From assembly GCA_001662655.1 (NCBI GenBank), contig KV460242.1: a DNA stretch of 20,000 nucleotides; one strand, given 5' to 3'. The notes under the pieces were generated by a model. That model was not told the origin of the DNA and searched no databases. It saw nothing but the letters and a program-made list of their open reading frames with translations. This document shows, piece by piece, positions 1 through 9,209 of this stretch. Numbering within the stretch: the first letter of the stretch is position 1; every line of letters begins with the position of its first letter. Origin of the DNA: Pseudogymnoascus verrucosus (lineage: Eukaryota). Made by a program: the position numbers and the translations under genes.

Positions 1-37
1 CGCAACCGGTAGCACCCAAAAGCAGGATTGAAGGCAT
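1..37 (-). CDS. Probable 5' end (first exon fragment) of an NAD(P)-binding Rossmann-fold protein (NmrA/SDR-like), running off the left edge
   Basis: The reverse complement from 37 reads ATG CCT TCA ATC CTG CTT TTG GGT GCT ACC G(GT TGC G) = MPSILLLGATG, a classic beta1-GATG dinucleotide-binding start. GTTGCG after ACC G may be an intron donor. Only 12 codons are visible. Confidence 0.55.
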   Translation of the reverse strand, partial: MPSILLLGATGC

Positions 38-363
38 CGTAGAAGGCGACTCAGTGTTATAGGACTTAACGCGGTGGTGACGGGTTTTGGAAGTTCAAGA
101 TCCTTTGTACTAGAGGAATGTAGTTGTGCTGAACATTAATCTCTGCTTACTATCTCGTGCCTTTTATAATGGACAATATGGAGTAGTAATCCAACACTTG
201 GCGTTGATTACCAAATGACCTAATTTTTCTATCATCTCCGACGTGCCGATGACATGGGCAATTCTCTCTTATTTCCACTTTAGGGAAGTCTTAACTTTAG
301 TCTTCTTCTTGATCTTGTTATCGGTCTCCTAGAACCCTGCATGGCTACTAGCTCAGCAATTTA

Positions 364-373
364 CCTAATCTGG
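364..373. promoter_or_regulatory. Imperfect CArG/Mcm1-type box (TTA-CCTAATCTGG-TGA)
   Basis: One mismatch to CC(A/T)6GG, with a TTA flank. It lies ~325 bp upstream of the minus-strand ATG at 37. Confidence 0.3.
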
Positions 374-773
374 TGATTCTTCCTCTGTTGCACGTCATGG
401 TCCCTGCATATTATTCTACACCTGTCTACATACCTTCAATCTTAATATGGTTATGATGATGATTCTATTTAACGTCTGTGTTGCTCTAAGTGCCTCTAAT
501 TCCAAAGACAGGACGCCAGGAGTAAACGCCCTCGAGGTAGAGGTCGCATTTGGGTTATCATTAACAAGTGCATACAATGATCCATATTCTAACCTGGCGA
601 ACTGGTAGTACCACTAGAATTTCTAAAGTGGATATTGCGTAGAGAGCTAGAGTCGCGTAGTGCATCAACACAAGAGTGGCTTGTGGTACTATAGATGTCG
701 GTTAACCATCTCATTATATTTCTACTTTAAGAAAATGGTGTCAATTTTAAAATCCCTCGCTTAGTCTCATGTA

Positions 774-852
774 CAGTCAAACCTAGATACACCGAACACA
801 AATAATTTGCATGGGGGAGAGGAAAAAAATCCGTTATAAGGAGGAATTCCTG
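774..852. mobile_element. Possible degenerate miniature pogo/Tc1-mariner-like element (MITE remnant)
   Basis: TA|CAGTCAAACCTAGATACACCGAA...TCCGTTATAAGGAGGAATTCCTG|TA: both ends are CAG..CTG flanked by TA and resemble the pogo-type CAGnnnAACCTCnnTATAACG terminal pattern. The two ends match at only ~13/23 positions. Confidence 0.35.
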
Positions 853-1195
853 TACATTAATCCCTGCTCCTATACAAATTATCCCAGCTCGGTTTTGCTG
901 AGTTCTCCCGCACAAGGAGGGAAATCTAAGAAGTGGGGTATGTCGCTAGCCGAGCTAAATCGCATTGCCTGAACCACTTCAGGTTGGATTACGGAGTTCA
1001 CACCCAAAACTTGCCCCGCAGTACAACTGATCAAGATGATGCCTAGTAGATGCTTACATATGTTTGAAACTATTACCGACGGATGCGTGTAAGTTCATAT
1101 TTCATATTAAACTTCTCACGATCCTAAGCTCTTCAACTTCATTCTAGACGTCCATAAACCCTTTCATATACTTAGGAACTAGGTCCATAGGGTTG

Positions 1196-1434
1196 CTCTA
1201 CGCCATGGCCAATCCCAAGTCAAATGTTACCTAAGTCATGAGACAAGGTTTAAGTATGTACAACTTCGTAGAATTTCCAGGGCTTAGCTAGTCAAAGTCT
1301 CCCAGCATATGCCGGTCTAACCGCCATTAAGTCTAGCTACTTTTTCACAGAAGACTAAGTCTATGTAGGCCTATACGCTACAAAATATTGCCTAATTAGG
1401 AAAATGCGGCCCACTCCGCACCTGTTAGGGGCTC
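1196..1434 (+). repeat. Left arm of a ~240-bp imperfect inverted repeat
   Basis: Aligns by eye to the reverse complement of 2263-2513 along its whole length. Perfect blocks include 34 nt (1270-1303 vs 2405-2438) and 25 nt (1387-1411 vs 2286-2310). Confidence 0.95.
1391..1400. promoter_or_regulatory. Perfect palindromic CArG box CCTAATTAGG (Mcm1/SRF MADS-box type)
   Basis: TTG-CCTAATTAGG-AAA is one base off the yeast Mcm1 palindromic site TTTCCTAATTAGGAAA. Confidence 0.5.
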
Positions 1435-2262
1435 TTTCCTGCTAAGTCCAGGTCTGGGCATCTTCGATTCATAGTGGATAGTAAACAACACAACCAACTT
1501 TAGGTGCACTTAAGTCTAGTCCGCGGCGACTTGAGTGGCGGATGCTACTACGGCCCTATAACCCCACGTTTATAAGCACTATTAATGCCGCACCAGTCCG
1601 CAGTGTGATATCGATCAATAGGTCCGCTTTCAGGCCCCTAGTTAAATTGGTCAAAGGTCTTTTCTAGGAGGAAATTATACGATAAGTCATACGCTCAGAA
1701 TTTGGACTTGGATTGAAACTCACACCTTTGGAGGAACCCATTGCGCAGATAAAGCTTATAGTATCATGCGCAGTAGAGAGATGGTGTAAGCGATATAGAA
1801 ATGGTCAGTTTCATAGATGAATGATGAAAGATAACGCGACGACGTCTACCAGATGGAAATTGACTCCGCACTACTAAAAACCCCTTCTTGGAGCCTGTAG
1901 GGCCAAAAGTCACGGCTTACGTGACGTCGTAACCTGTTTATTAGTTCTCTGAATCGAATTGCTCCGTCGCCGAGCACTCACTGCTCGTTCAGACATAGAG
2001 GCACCCATATCACCACGTATACTATTTGTTTAATAATCAATTATAATCTAAAACAGCAAAATCGCTTTGCAAACTTCCTAAATAGACTTAGCGATTCCAC
2101 TTATCCCCTCGTCCGTCTCGGAGATAAATGGCTTATGCAGCAAATTGTTGATCCTTTGGTTCAGTTATATTTTTCGGGACGGCAGAGCCACTCTGTAGAA
2201 TTGGCGTCGGAATAAATCACCCCGCCCGCTAGCTGAACGCTAGTCGAGCCACATCCAACGGT

Positions 2263-2513
2263 GAGCCCCTGTTCGGTGCGGAGTAGGCCGCATTTTCCTA
2301 ATTAGGCAATCTTTCGTGTATTAGACATGGCGTACCGGCCGAAATAGACTCAGGCTTCTGTGAAACAGCAGCTAGACTTTATGGCGCTCAGACCGGCATA
2401 TTCCGGGAGACTTTGACTAGCTAAGCCCTGGAAATTCTGCGATGCTGTACATGCTCAAACCTTGTGTCATGACTTAGGAAACATTTGACTTGAGATGGCC
2501 AATTGGCGTAGAG
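2263..2513 (-). repeat. Right arm of the ~240-bp imperfect inverted repeat (828-bp spacer)
   Basis: Reverse complement of 1196-1434 with scattered substitutions and a small indel near 2315-2330. Confidence 0.95.
2297..2306. promoter_or_regulatory. Perfect palindromic CArG box CCTAATTAGG
   Basis: TTT-CCTAATTAGG-CAA, within the right repeat arm. Confidence 0.5.
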
Positions 2514-2564
2514 TTGCCCAAATTTTGTGATCTACTAGATGACAGTGTTTACCAATAAAATTTG

Positions 2565-2574
2565 CCTAATTAGG
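2565..2574. promoter_or_regulatory. Perfect palindromic CArG box CCTAATTAGG outside the repeat
   Basis: TTG-CCTAATTAGG-TTT, ~290 bp upstream of the ATG at 2860. This third copy lies outside the inverted repeat arms. Confidence 0.5.
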
Positions 2575-2859
2575 TTTCTTCCGCCCCACATTTATAGGCA
2601 TCTCGTGACGGACGAGGGGATAGTTCTTCTGGCAGTCGGAATTATGAGGTCGTTGCCTCCTCCGTACGCCGCAATGAAGAGGGAAATAGGGAGATGGAGA
2701 TACGGGCTAATAATTCGTCCGGATCTAACGGTCTCCGCTCGGGAAAGATATAAGATTGTCCCACACCTACCGCCCTTCGTATTTACTGATATTTCCCTTC
2801 ATTGTCTTTGCAGTATAGCTTGCCTTCCACAATTTCAATTTCTTGGACCTTTACCAAAA

Positions 2860-3885
2860 ATGGTTTCTGGGAATCGATTGAGAAATGTTGCTATCGTTGG
2901 CGTAGGTCGCCTAACCGAACTCTTGAGTTCTCACTTTCCGTCGATTTTCTAACAGCACATATAGGCGGGAGGCAATAGCGGCCGAGGCATAACAGAATAT
3001 CTGCTCAAAACCGGCAAGCATATTGTCTCCGCTATAACCAGACTGGACAGCACCACCCCGCTTCCGAAAGGTGTGAAGGTCACAAAGGTTGACTATAACA
3101 ATCATCAATCCCTCGTCGACGGTTTTCAGGGCCAAGATGTCCTCGTTATCACCCTTCATCAATTTGTGACGCCAGATATCCAGTCCAAACTCATCAAGGC
3201 CGCGGGTGATGCCGGGGTACCATGGGTTCTTCCAAACGAGTGGAGTCCAGACACTGCCAACGAAGACCTAAGCAGGGACGTCTCAGTATTCCGCTCCAAG
3301 CGAGAGGCCGCTGAGGAAATTGCCAAATTGGGCAAAAGCTCTTACATCGCTATTAACACTGGCTTCTGGTACGAAATGTGCCTTGCTAACCCTCTTGCCT
3401 TTGGCTTCGACTTTGAGAAACAGTCTGTCTCTTTCTATGATGATGGCGAGACTTTGGTCAGCATGAGCACCTTCGCCCAAGTTGGCCGTGCTGTCGCTGC
3501 TCTGTTGAGTCTTCCGGTCCAGCCAGAAGGAGATGAGACGCGCTGCTTAGAGCACTTCAGAAACCGGAACGTGTACGTTTCGTCTTTCACGATCAGCCAG
3601 AAGGATATCCTTGGATCTGTCTTGCGCGTCACTGGAACAAATACACCGGACTGGACGGTCACCAAGGTGTCTTCGGGAGAGCGTTATCAGACAGGTCTCG
3701 ACGAAATGCGAGGGGGAAATATGGCTGGATTTCCGAAAATGATGTTCTCCAGAGTGTTCTATCCTGACGACTCCGGGAACTATGAGAAGATCAGAGGCAC
3801 GAGCAATCAGCTTCTTAGATTGCCAAAGGAGAGCCTGGATGAGGCTACGGAAACTGTTATCAAATTGATAAAGGCAGTGAAATAG
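2860..3885 (+). CDS. NmrA-like / isoflavone reductase-like (CipA-type) NAD(P)-dependent oxidoreductase, 320 aa, 2 exons
   Basis: Exons 2860-2901 and 2965-3885; intron GTAGGT...CTAAC...ATAG. The spliced N-terminus MVSGNRLRNVAIVG/AGGNSGRG...VSAITR gives a GxGGxxG Rossmann motif. The family-typical stretches AAGDAGVPWVLPNEW, GFWYE, FGFD and ST-x-x-QVGRAVAALL follow. Confidence 0.9.
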
Positions 3886-3897
3886 GGCTGAGTCCTC

Positions 3898-4170
3898 CAG
3901 TAGAGAGCACCACCGTGATGCGACATAAGTTATATAATAAATCACTATTTATTAGCATTCTTGAATAAAATCAGCTCTAGCAGAAACCCTTATCACAGAG
4001 TGGCACACCAAATAATACATACCTTCCAAATGATCTCTTTACTATACTACCCTCTACCTCCTTACCTAGGACCTTATTACGCCTTAATTCATATATACAC
4101 CACACACATATACTTTTGAATACGGCGCTTATCCCAGTGGTGTAATCGCTGCAATTAATGTGAGTAATAA
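3898..4170 (-). mobile_element. Decayed 3' remnant of a piggyBac-like (PGBD) transposase, C-terminal cysteine-rich domain
   Basis: The minus strand from 4145 reads LHHWDKRRIQ[frameshift]SICVWCIYELRRNKVLGKEVEGSIVKRSFGRYVLFGVPLCDKGFC*S*FYS. This resembles the H-W..CxxC..CxxCxVPLC....CW..FH zinc-finger tail of piggyBac-type transposases, with RIP-like changes (TGG>TAG, CGA>TGA, CAT>TAT). The DNA is AT/TpA-rich. The left boundary (CAGTAGAGAGCACC at 3898) is a guess. Confidence 0.55.
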
Positions 4171-5208
4171 TACCGTGTTGGGAAGTGCCTCTCTCCCGCA
4201 TTTATCTTTCACGACCGGGAGACCTTAAGCCATATAGATCGAGGCCCATTCAAGAACGATGATGAATATTATCAGGCGCTGATTTCAGTGTTTCTTGTTC
4301 ATGTTCAAGAGCTCAGGCTCTAACACAACGTCTCTTTTGCACCGATTCCATTTCTCGAAGGCTTCGAAACTTCTCAAAGCAGACGTTCTGCGGTTAGTCG
4401 ATGGCAAGATTTTGTCAAGATCGGTGGTAAAATTGACAGTGGTCAAAACAGACTAGACTATTGCACAGCTGGCTAGTTTCTGCAACAAATGATTCCATTT
4501 CTCAGTGGAGACCTAATTGAAGCACAGTTAAGGCCAACAATTAATGGGTTTCCGCTCTGCCATCCTGATCTCAGTGCAAGTAACATCTTTGTCGATAATG
4601 ACCTTAATATTACTTGCATCATTGACTGGGCATTTGAATCTACCGTTCCTGTCTCCACGGCTCTTATGACGCCAGGTCTACCGCATCCTCGGGATGGCAC
4701 AGAACCGTACCTCGACTCAGCGTTCAAGTCTGGTTTCATTACCAACGGCATCTACAACGAGGCAAAGCTCGATTTCAGGCTATGGAAATGCACTCGTAGG
4801 GCATGGCTCTTTACCCGCCTAACTATTCTCAATGGCATACAGGATTACTGCTATTTTAAGGAACTGTACACATCGGCCTATAAACCAGCAGAGGGAATCA
4901 ATATACCTGCTCTTTTCAAAGCATCGCAGAAAGGCCACAAGCTTATTGAGCTTGCTAAAGAGCTGGCAGATGACGAAGAATGGGCACCTGAGATCCTGAA
5001 AGACGAAGAGGACTACTTTTCTGTCATTGGCAAGATGGAGACACCTGATGTGGGGAGGAAAGAAGCTGCCCTAATAGGCATTGAGAGACGTGCAATAGCG
5101 AGGAAGATCACCATGGTTTCAGGACTAAGCCAAGATTTTGTGGCGGACGAGAGGCTTTGGCGCTGGATTGAGAAAATGAAGAGAGACCGGTCAATTTATG
5201 CCACTTAA
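4171..5208 (+). pseudogene. 5'-truncated aminoglycoside phosphotransferase (APH)/choline-kinase-like pseudogene
   Basis: The ORF 4489-5208 has HPDLSASNIFVD...IIDW (catalytic HxDxxxxN and DW motifs). The same frame continues upstream as YRVGKCLSPAF...DRGPF...FAPIP...RWQDFV..G.KIDS..NRLDYC with in-frame stops TAA (4321-4323) and TAG (4474-4476). The N-terminal kinase lobe is absent. Confidence 0.85.
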
Positions 5209-5608
5209 GCCTCTTTATATCCCATCTACTCTATCGTGTGTAGAAGTTTTGTCAATCGCTAGCAGAAGGTTAGAGTTCGTTAGTCACTGGCGAAATTCAA
5301 GTTATTTGTAAGAGAACAAAACTTCAACAGTGCATTATGAGAGCTATCCCGTCCCTTGGTATCTCATGGGATCCAACTATAGTATACTAAAGTATAACAC
5401 GCACACCTGCCCGCCAGCCCGTCAAGGGAATTGACAAGGATATAAGTGACTTAAGGCACTGTCGACGCATTTGGTGCTTCTAGTGTGTGCCATGCTTTTT
5501 TCTTCTATCGATTTCTCTCCACAATTATATTTAAATTAGAAGTCTAGAAGTAAATTAAAAAGGTTGGCAGCTTAACATTGAATTTAAAAGGATGGACACT
5601 CACACACC

Positions 5609-6691
5609 TCACAATGCTGGACGCGGAACGTTCCAGAATAGATCAAATGTATGTCTCGGAGTTAAAAACTTCTCGAAATCAATTTGTTTTCCTTCGTACG
5701 CAGCTCTGATAGACCCTGCTTCGAATTCCACAGGAGTGTATGGATAATGAGCATCAAATCTATGATAGACATGGTTCGCATATCTTGGATCAGATAGATT
5801 CCGACCCTCACCCAAGTCCAGCCAACGAGTTAGTATCAATGCTACGCCATTTTTCAAAAAATTCTTGACGTCAATTTGGAACTCAGTAGGGCAGATGTCG
5901 CACTGGAATAGGCCCGAACATGTCGGACACCTGGAATTCAGCCACAAGTCATCCCAGTGGCTTACTCGACAGGCTATCTTTTTATCCAATCTTGAGGGCC
6001 TATAGTAGTTGGAGTGCCAATGCGGACAGACATTGCTGGGTATCATTTTGGGGACTATAACCGCGTACCGGACTGGGAGCAGAATCCAAAGCTGATGGCG
6101 TAAAATAAAATGACCATTTACAATCCGAGGTGTAGACTCCCATCGGTAGGTATACCCGAAGCTTATTGAGGATCGAGATTTGGTCAACATGGAAAGATGC
6201 ACACTGGAGTCGAGGCCATGACGATGAAGCTTCATAGCCGACTGAAATGCGATAGAGCTGAATCCCCTATAGATATTGATGTGCACATCTAAAGACATAT
6301 CTTTCAGTGTACACTTCGCTCGTTTTGCACCAGACCATCGGGAGTCGTATCGCCACTTTGTACTGCTATGAAGCAACTGACAGTCGTAGCACAAGATTTG
6401 ACGGGGTAGATCCCTTCCTAAGGGTTCTAAGAATGCCATTCGATCAGGTTCACGGCCCTTGGCATTCAGCCGATCAAGATACTGGTTTCCCAAGATATAC
6501 CAGACTGGCCGACATGTCAGGGTAAAAGAGGCTGCGGCTTGGAGAGGCAGGAATTCCGCAATGTACACAATAAGCTCTATCGGGAGAATCTTGAGAGGCG
6601 AATGTTCGAGGCTGTGAAGTTGATGTTCTCTGTTGGTACGAAAGGGAGAAAAGGAGCCCAAGAGCGCTATAAATTTGTCGAGGAGCTCCAT
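5609..6691 (-). CDS. F-box domain protein (fungal family with Cys-rich C-terminal region), ~360 aa
   Basis: The first ATG is at 6691 (the ORF track starts at an upstream GTG). The F-box-like segment is SPLKILPIELIVYIAEFLPLQAAASFTLTCRPV. C-terminal motifs CPHW, CPTC...CDICPTEFQID and RWLDLGEG are present. A 5'UTR intron (GTAAGT ~6826 to ACAG 6704) is possible. Confidence 0.8.
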   Translation of the reverse strand: MELLDKFIALLGSFSPFRTNREHQLHSLEHSPLKILPIELIVYIAEFLPLQAAASFTLTCRPVWYILGNQYLDRLNAKGREPDRMAFLEPLGRDLPRQILCYDCQLLHSSTKWRYDSRWSGAKRAKCTLKDMSLDVHINIYRGFSSIAFQSAMKLHRHGLDSSVHLSMLTKSRSSISFGYTYRWESTPRIVNGHFILRHQLWILLPVRYAVIVPKMIPSNVCPHWHSNYYRPSRLDKKIACRVSHWDDLWLNSRCPTCSGLFQCDICPTEFQIDVKNFLKNGVALILTRWLDLGEGRNLSDPRYANHVYHRFDAHYPYTPVEFEAGSIRAAYEGKQIDFEKFLTPRHTFDLFWNVPRPAL

Positions 6692-7243
6692 TTTGATAGC
6701 ACCTGTTATGGCCGAGTACAGAGGAATAAGCGGCGACAAGCATGTGCAAGTATAGGTGAACGATAGTAGATATCTGAATATTCGTGTTTTTGGAAAGGGG
6801 AAATGAGCGAATGGGACTGTACTTACGCTCACGCCACTATTAAACTAAAGGATCTAATTGTTGGTAAGTTTTCTTCCAGGCCATCTTTCCGATGAGGCCA
6901 CAGACTGTCAGCCCACTTCAGGAACAGGTACGCTTATACCAGGAACCGTGATAGTCTACAGCACTACTCTGGCTAACTGAGCAAAAATATGAACTAACGT
7001 AGCTTGGTGAGCTTAGAGTACAACTTCTGTGACTGTCTCAAAATGAGAACATGTAAATCACGGTGATAGTCATATAATAGCGTCAGAATCTATCATTGGA
7101 AATTGACTATTATCTTCCTGTTTGGCGGCTATAATGCTCCCAGTAATTATTGCGAGCCTAATACCCAGCCCGAAAATCATCGCAGTCGGTAATCATGATC
7201 TAAAACCCCAGAAACAAGCTCTCAAGGTATCCCACCCCACCAT

Positions 7244-9092
7244 CTACTCCTCAAGCCGATCCCCTTCTCCCTCCCCCTCCGCATCCACCACCTCGGCATC
7301 CTCACAAGAAGGCGGCAATCTCTCATTCTCCTTCGGCGCCTTCCAATTCACCATGCGCTCATTCTCCACAAACGTGTAGAAGCTTGCGTAAATGACAATA
7401 ACATTGTCCAGATACTTCAACCCCAAATCCAGCTCCCTCACCACGCCCACAAACTTCATACCCGCAAAGCAGTGCTCCAGGATGTCTTCGTCTACCCAGA
7501 ACGTCTCGTCGCCATACACTAACGTGTTCTCCGCTAGCCCCTGCTCCTCTTCAATGGTGAGGTCAAGCGTAGGCTGGTAGGGATGCGTCCAAGGCTTGCA
7601 GGTGAGAAGGCCGAGGGGTTTGATGGTGCCAGTGCGACCATCTGCGGCCCGAATGCCAGCAAAGCTCTTGATGAGCGTCTCGTCAGGCAGGGTAATGTTC
7701 ACAACTTCGAAGCCTCGGAGCTCCTCGGCGACAACGGCCGGGGCTTGGTACTCCTCGAGGCTCATGGCGGCAATGGCTTCAAACTGCTCGGCTGTGCCCA
7801 TCAGAGCCATTGCTGCGCGGAAGGTGCGGTGCGCGTGGTCGACCGACATGTATTGGTTCGGGTCTGCGTCGGCTGGGTGGTCAGAGATCGTGGCCGGGTC
7901 GATGTATAGGAGCCTGGAGTAACCATGGCACATGATGGAGAGGGCCTTGTGAAAGTTCCCTGGGAAGGAGGAGCCGATGTCATGGATAGCTGGGAGCTCG
8001 GACTTGGCGAGGTCACAGATCTTCTGGGCGGCGATGATGGATTTAGTGTACTCTGGGCAGACCCCGTGCATGAGGATGTAGTTGAGAAAGTTCTTGACTA
8101 CATTGCAGTAATTGTTGATCAGGCTCTGGTTGTGCATGCCGAAGTTGTATGGAGCCCTGGAGGATCTGATTCAGATTAGTGATGGCAGGAAGCATCTGGG
8201 GGTGGTGAACTCACAGAAACGCTTTGGCGATGCCCTCGAAATCTACCACCCAGTTTTGTGGCGCGCAAGGATCGTAGAATTTACTTCCTGCCTCGTCGCC
8301 GCCGAACATGACATCGGTGGCGTTGATATCAGCGATCGTGGGACCATCGAATTCTTCCAGTGCCTCATTGTCCACCCCTCCAGTGAATGCCTTGATCGTG
8401 GTGTCGATGCCACCGAAAGACAAGTATTTGTTGAATATGTTCGCACGCTCTTCATCGAGCTTGCGCCTGGCGCGGTAGCGCTGAATGCACGTCTCAATTC
8501 GCTCTGCAAATGGACGAGCAAAGTAGTATAACTGCTCGACTTCCTCCTTATGATCCTCCGGTGCGATGGGAGGGTCGGCGTAGAACTCTTCGAAGCCTGT
8601 TGGGTTTGGCTTCTTCTTCTTCCCACTGCTCTTCTTCTTCTTCTTTTTTGCTCCCACTACCTCTGGAGCACCAACACTTGGGGCAGCAACTTGGGATTCG
8701 GTGGCCCATGCAGCCTCTCCATTCTTGTCCTCCATCCCTTCTGCAATGCTTGGTCTCTTTTTGGTCATTTGGTCAAGTCCGTGGTTATCTTCATCTTTGT
8801 CAGCAATAGCTGTAGATTCTCCAGTCAATTCCAGGCGCTGTTCAACTCCAGCCTTGGTATCAGGAACTGTGATATTTTCCGAGGTTTTGGCACGGGCAAC
8901 AGCTTCAACTTCATCTTGGTCACCAGGCTGGGGAGATCCCGTTGGAGACATCGGGGCTGGTCTGAGCTTTGTCAGTTCCTCTGAGGTGTATCGGAGACCA
9001 CGGTCACTCTCAGGCATGTTGTTGATCTCAGGGCCTGTTGTTGGGGCGCCGTCGGAAGTGATCGCGGCAGGTTGCTCTGTGTGTGTAGTCAT
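7244..9092 (-). CDS. arb1: Argonaute siRNA chaperone (ARC) complex subunit Arb1-like protein, 599 aa, 2 exons
   Basis: Exons 9092-8215 and 8165-7244; 49-nt intron GTGAGT...CTAAT...CAG keeps the frame. A poly-K tract is followed by PTGFEEFYADPP, RPFAERIETCIQRYRARRK, WVVDFEGIAKAFLS, NFLNYILMHGVCPEY and SFYTFVENERMVNWK, which I recognise as Arb1-family motifs. Confidence 0.9.
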
Positions 9093-9114
9093 GTTGGTTG
9101 TGGTGGCAGTGCAA

Positions 9115-9209
9115 CTGATATCGAGACCATGTCAGTATGTCGCAGTGAGTGAGACTGTGAGTACACGGGGCCTGTACTCACAGCCTGTGTCCAAGGGTGA
9201 AGAACTAAC
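9115..9209 (-). other. Predicted 5'UTR intron of arb1 with two possible donors
   Basis: Minus strand: CAG|GTTAGT (9209) and GTGAGT (9181), branch TACTGAC (~9131-9137), acceptor CAG at 9115, 22 nt before the ATG. Confidence 0.55.

Noticed and set aside
1821..1952. ATGATGA...CTGA as a possible box C/D snoRNA
   Set aside because: There is no terminal stem and no recognisable rRNA-complementary guide; such motifs occur by chance.
2539..2952. 137-aa ORF upstream of the NmrA-like gene
   Set aside because: It is promoter sequence in frame with exon 1 that reads through into the intron. The Rossmann motif places the true start at 2860.
2949..2964. Alternative CAG acceptor at 2955 in the NmrA-like intron
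   Set aside because: It overlaps the branch point and would introduce an immediate stop (CAC ATA TAG). The TAG at 2964 restores the conserved motif.
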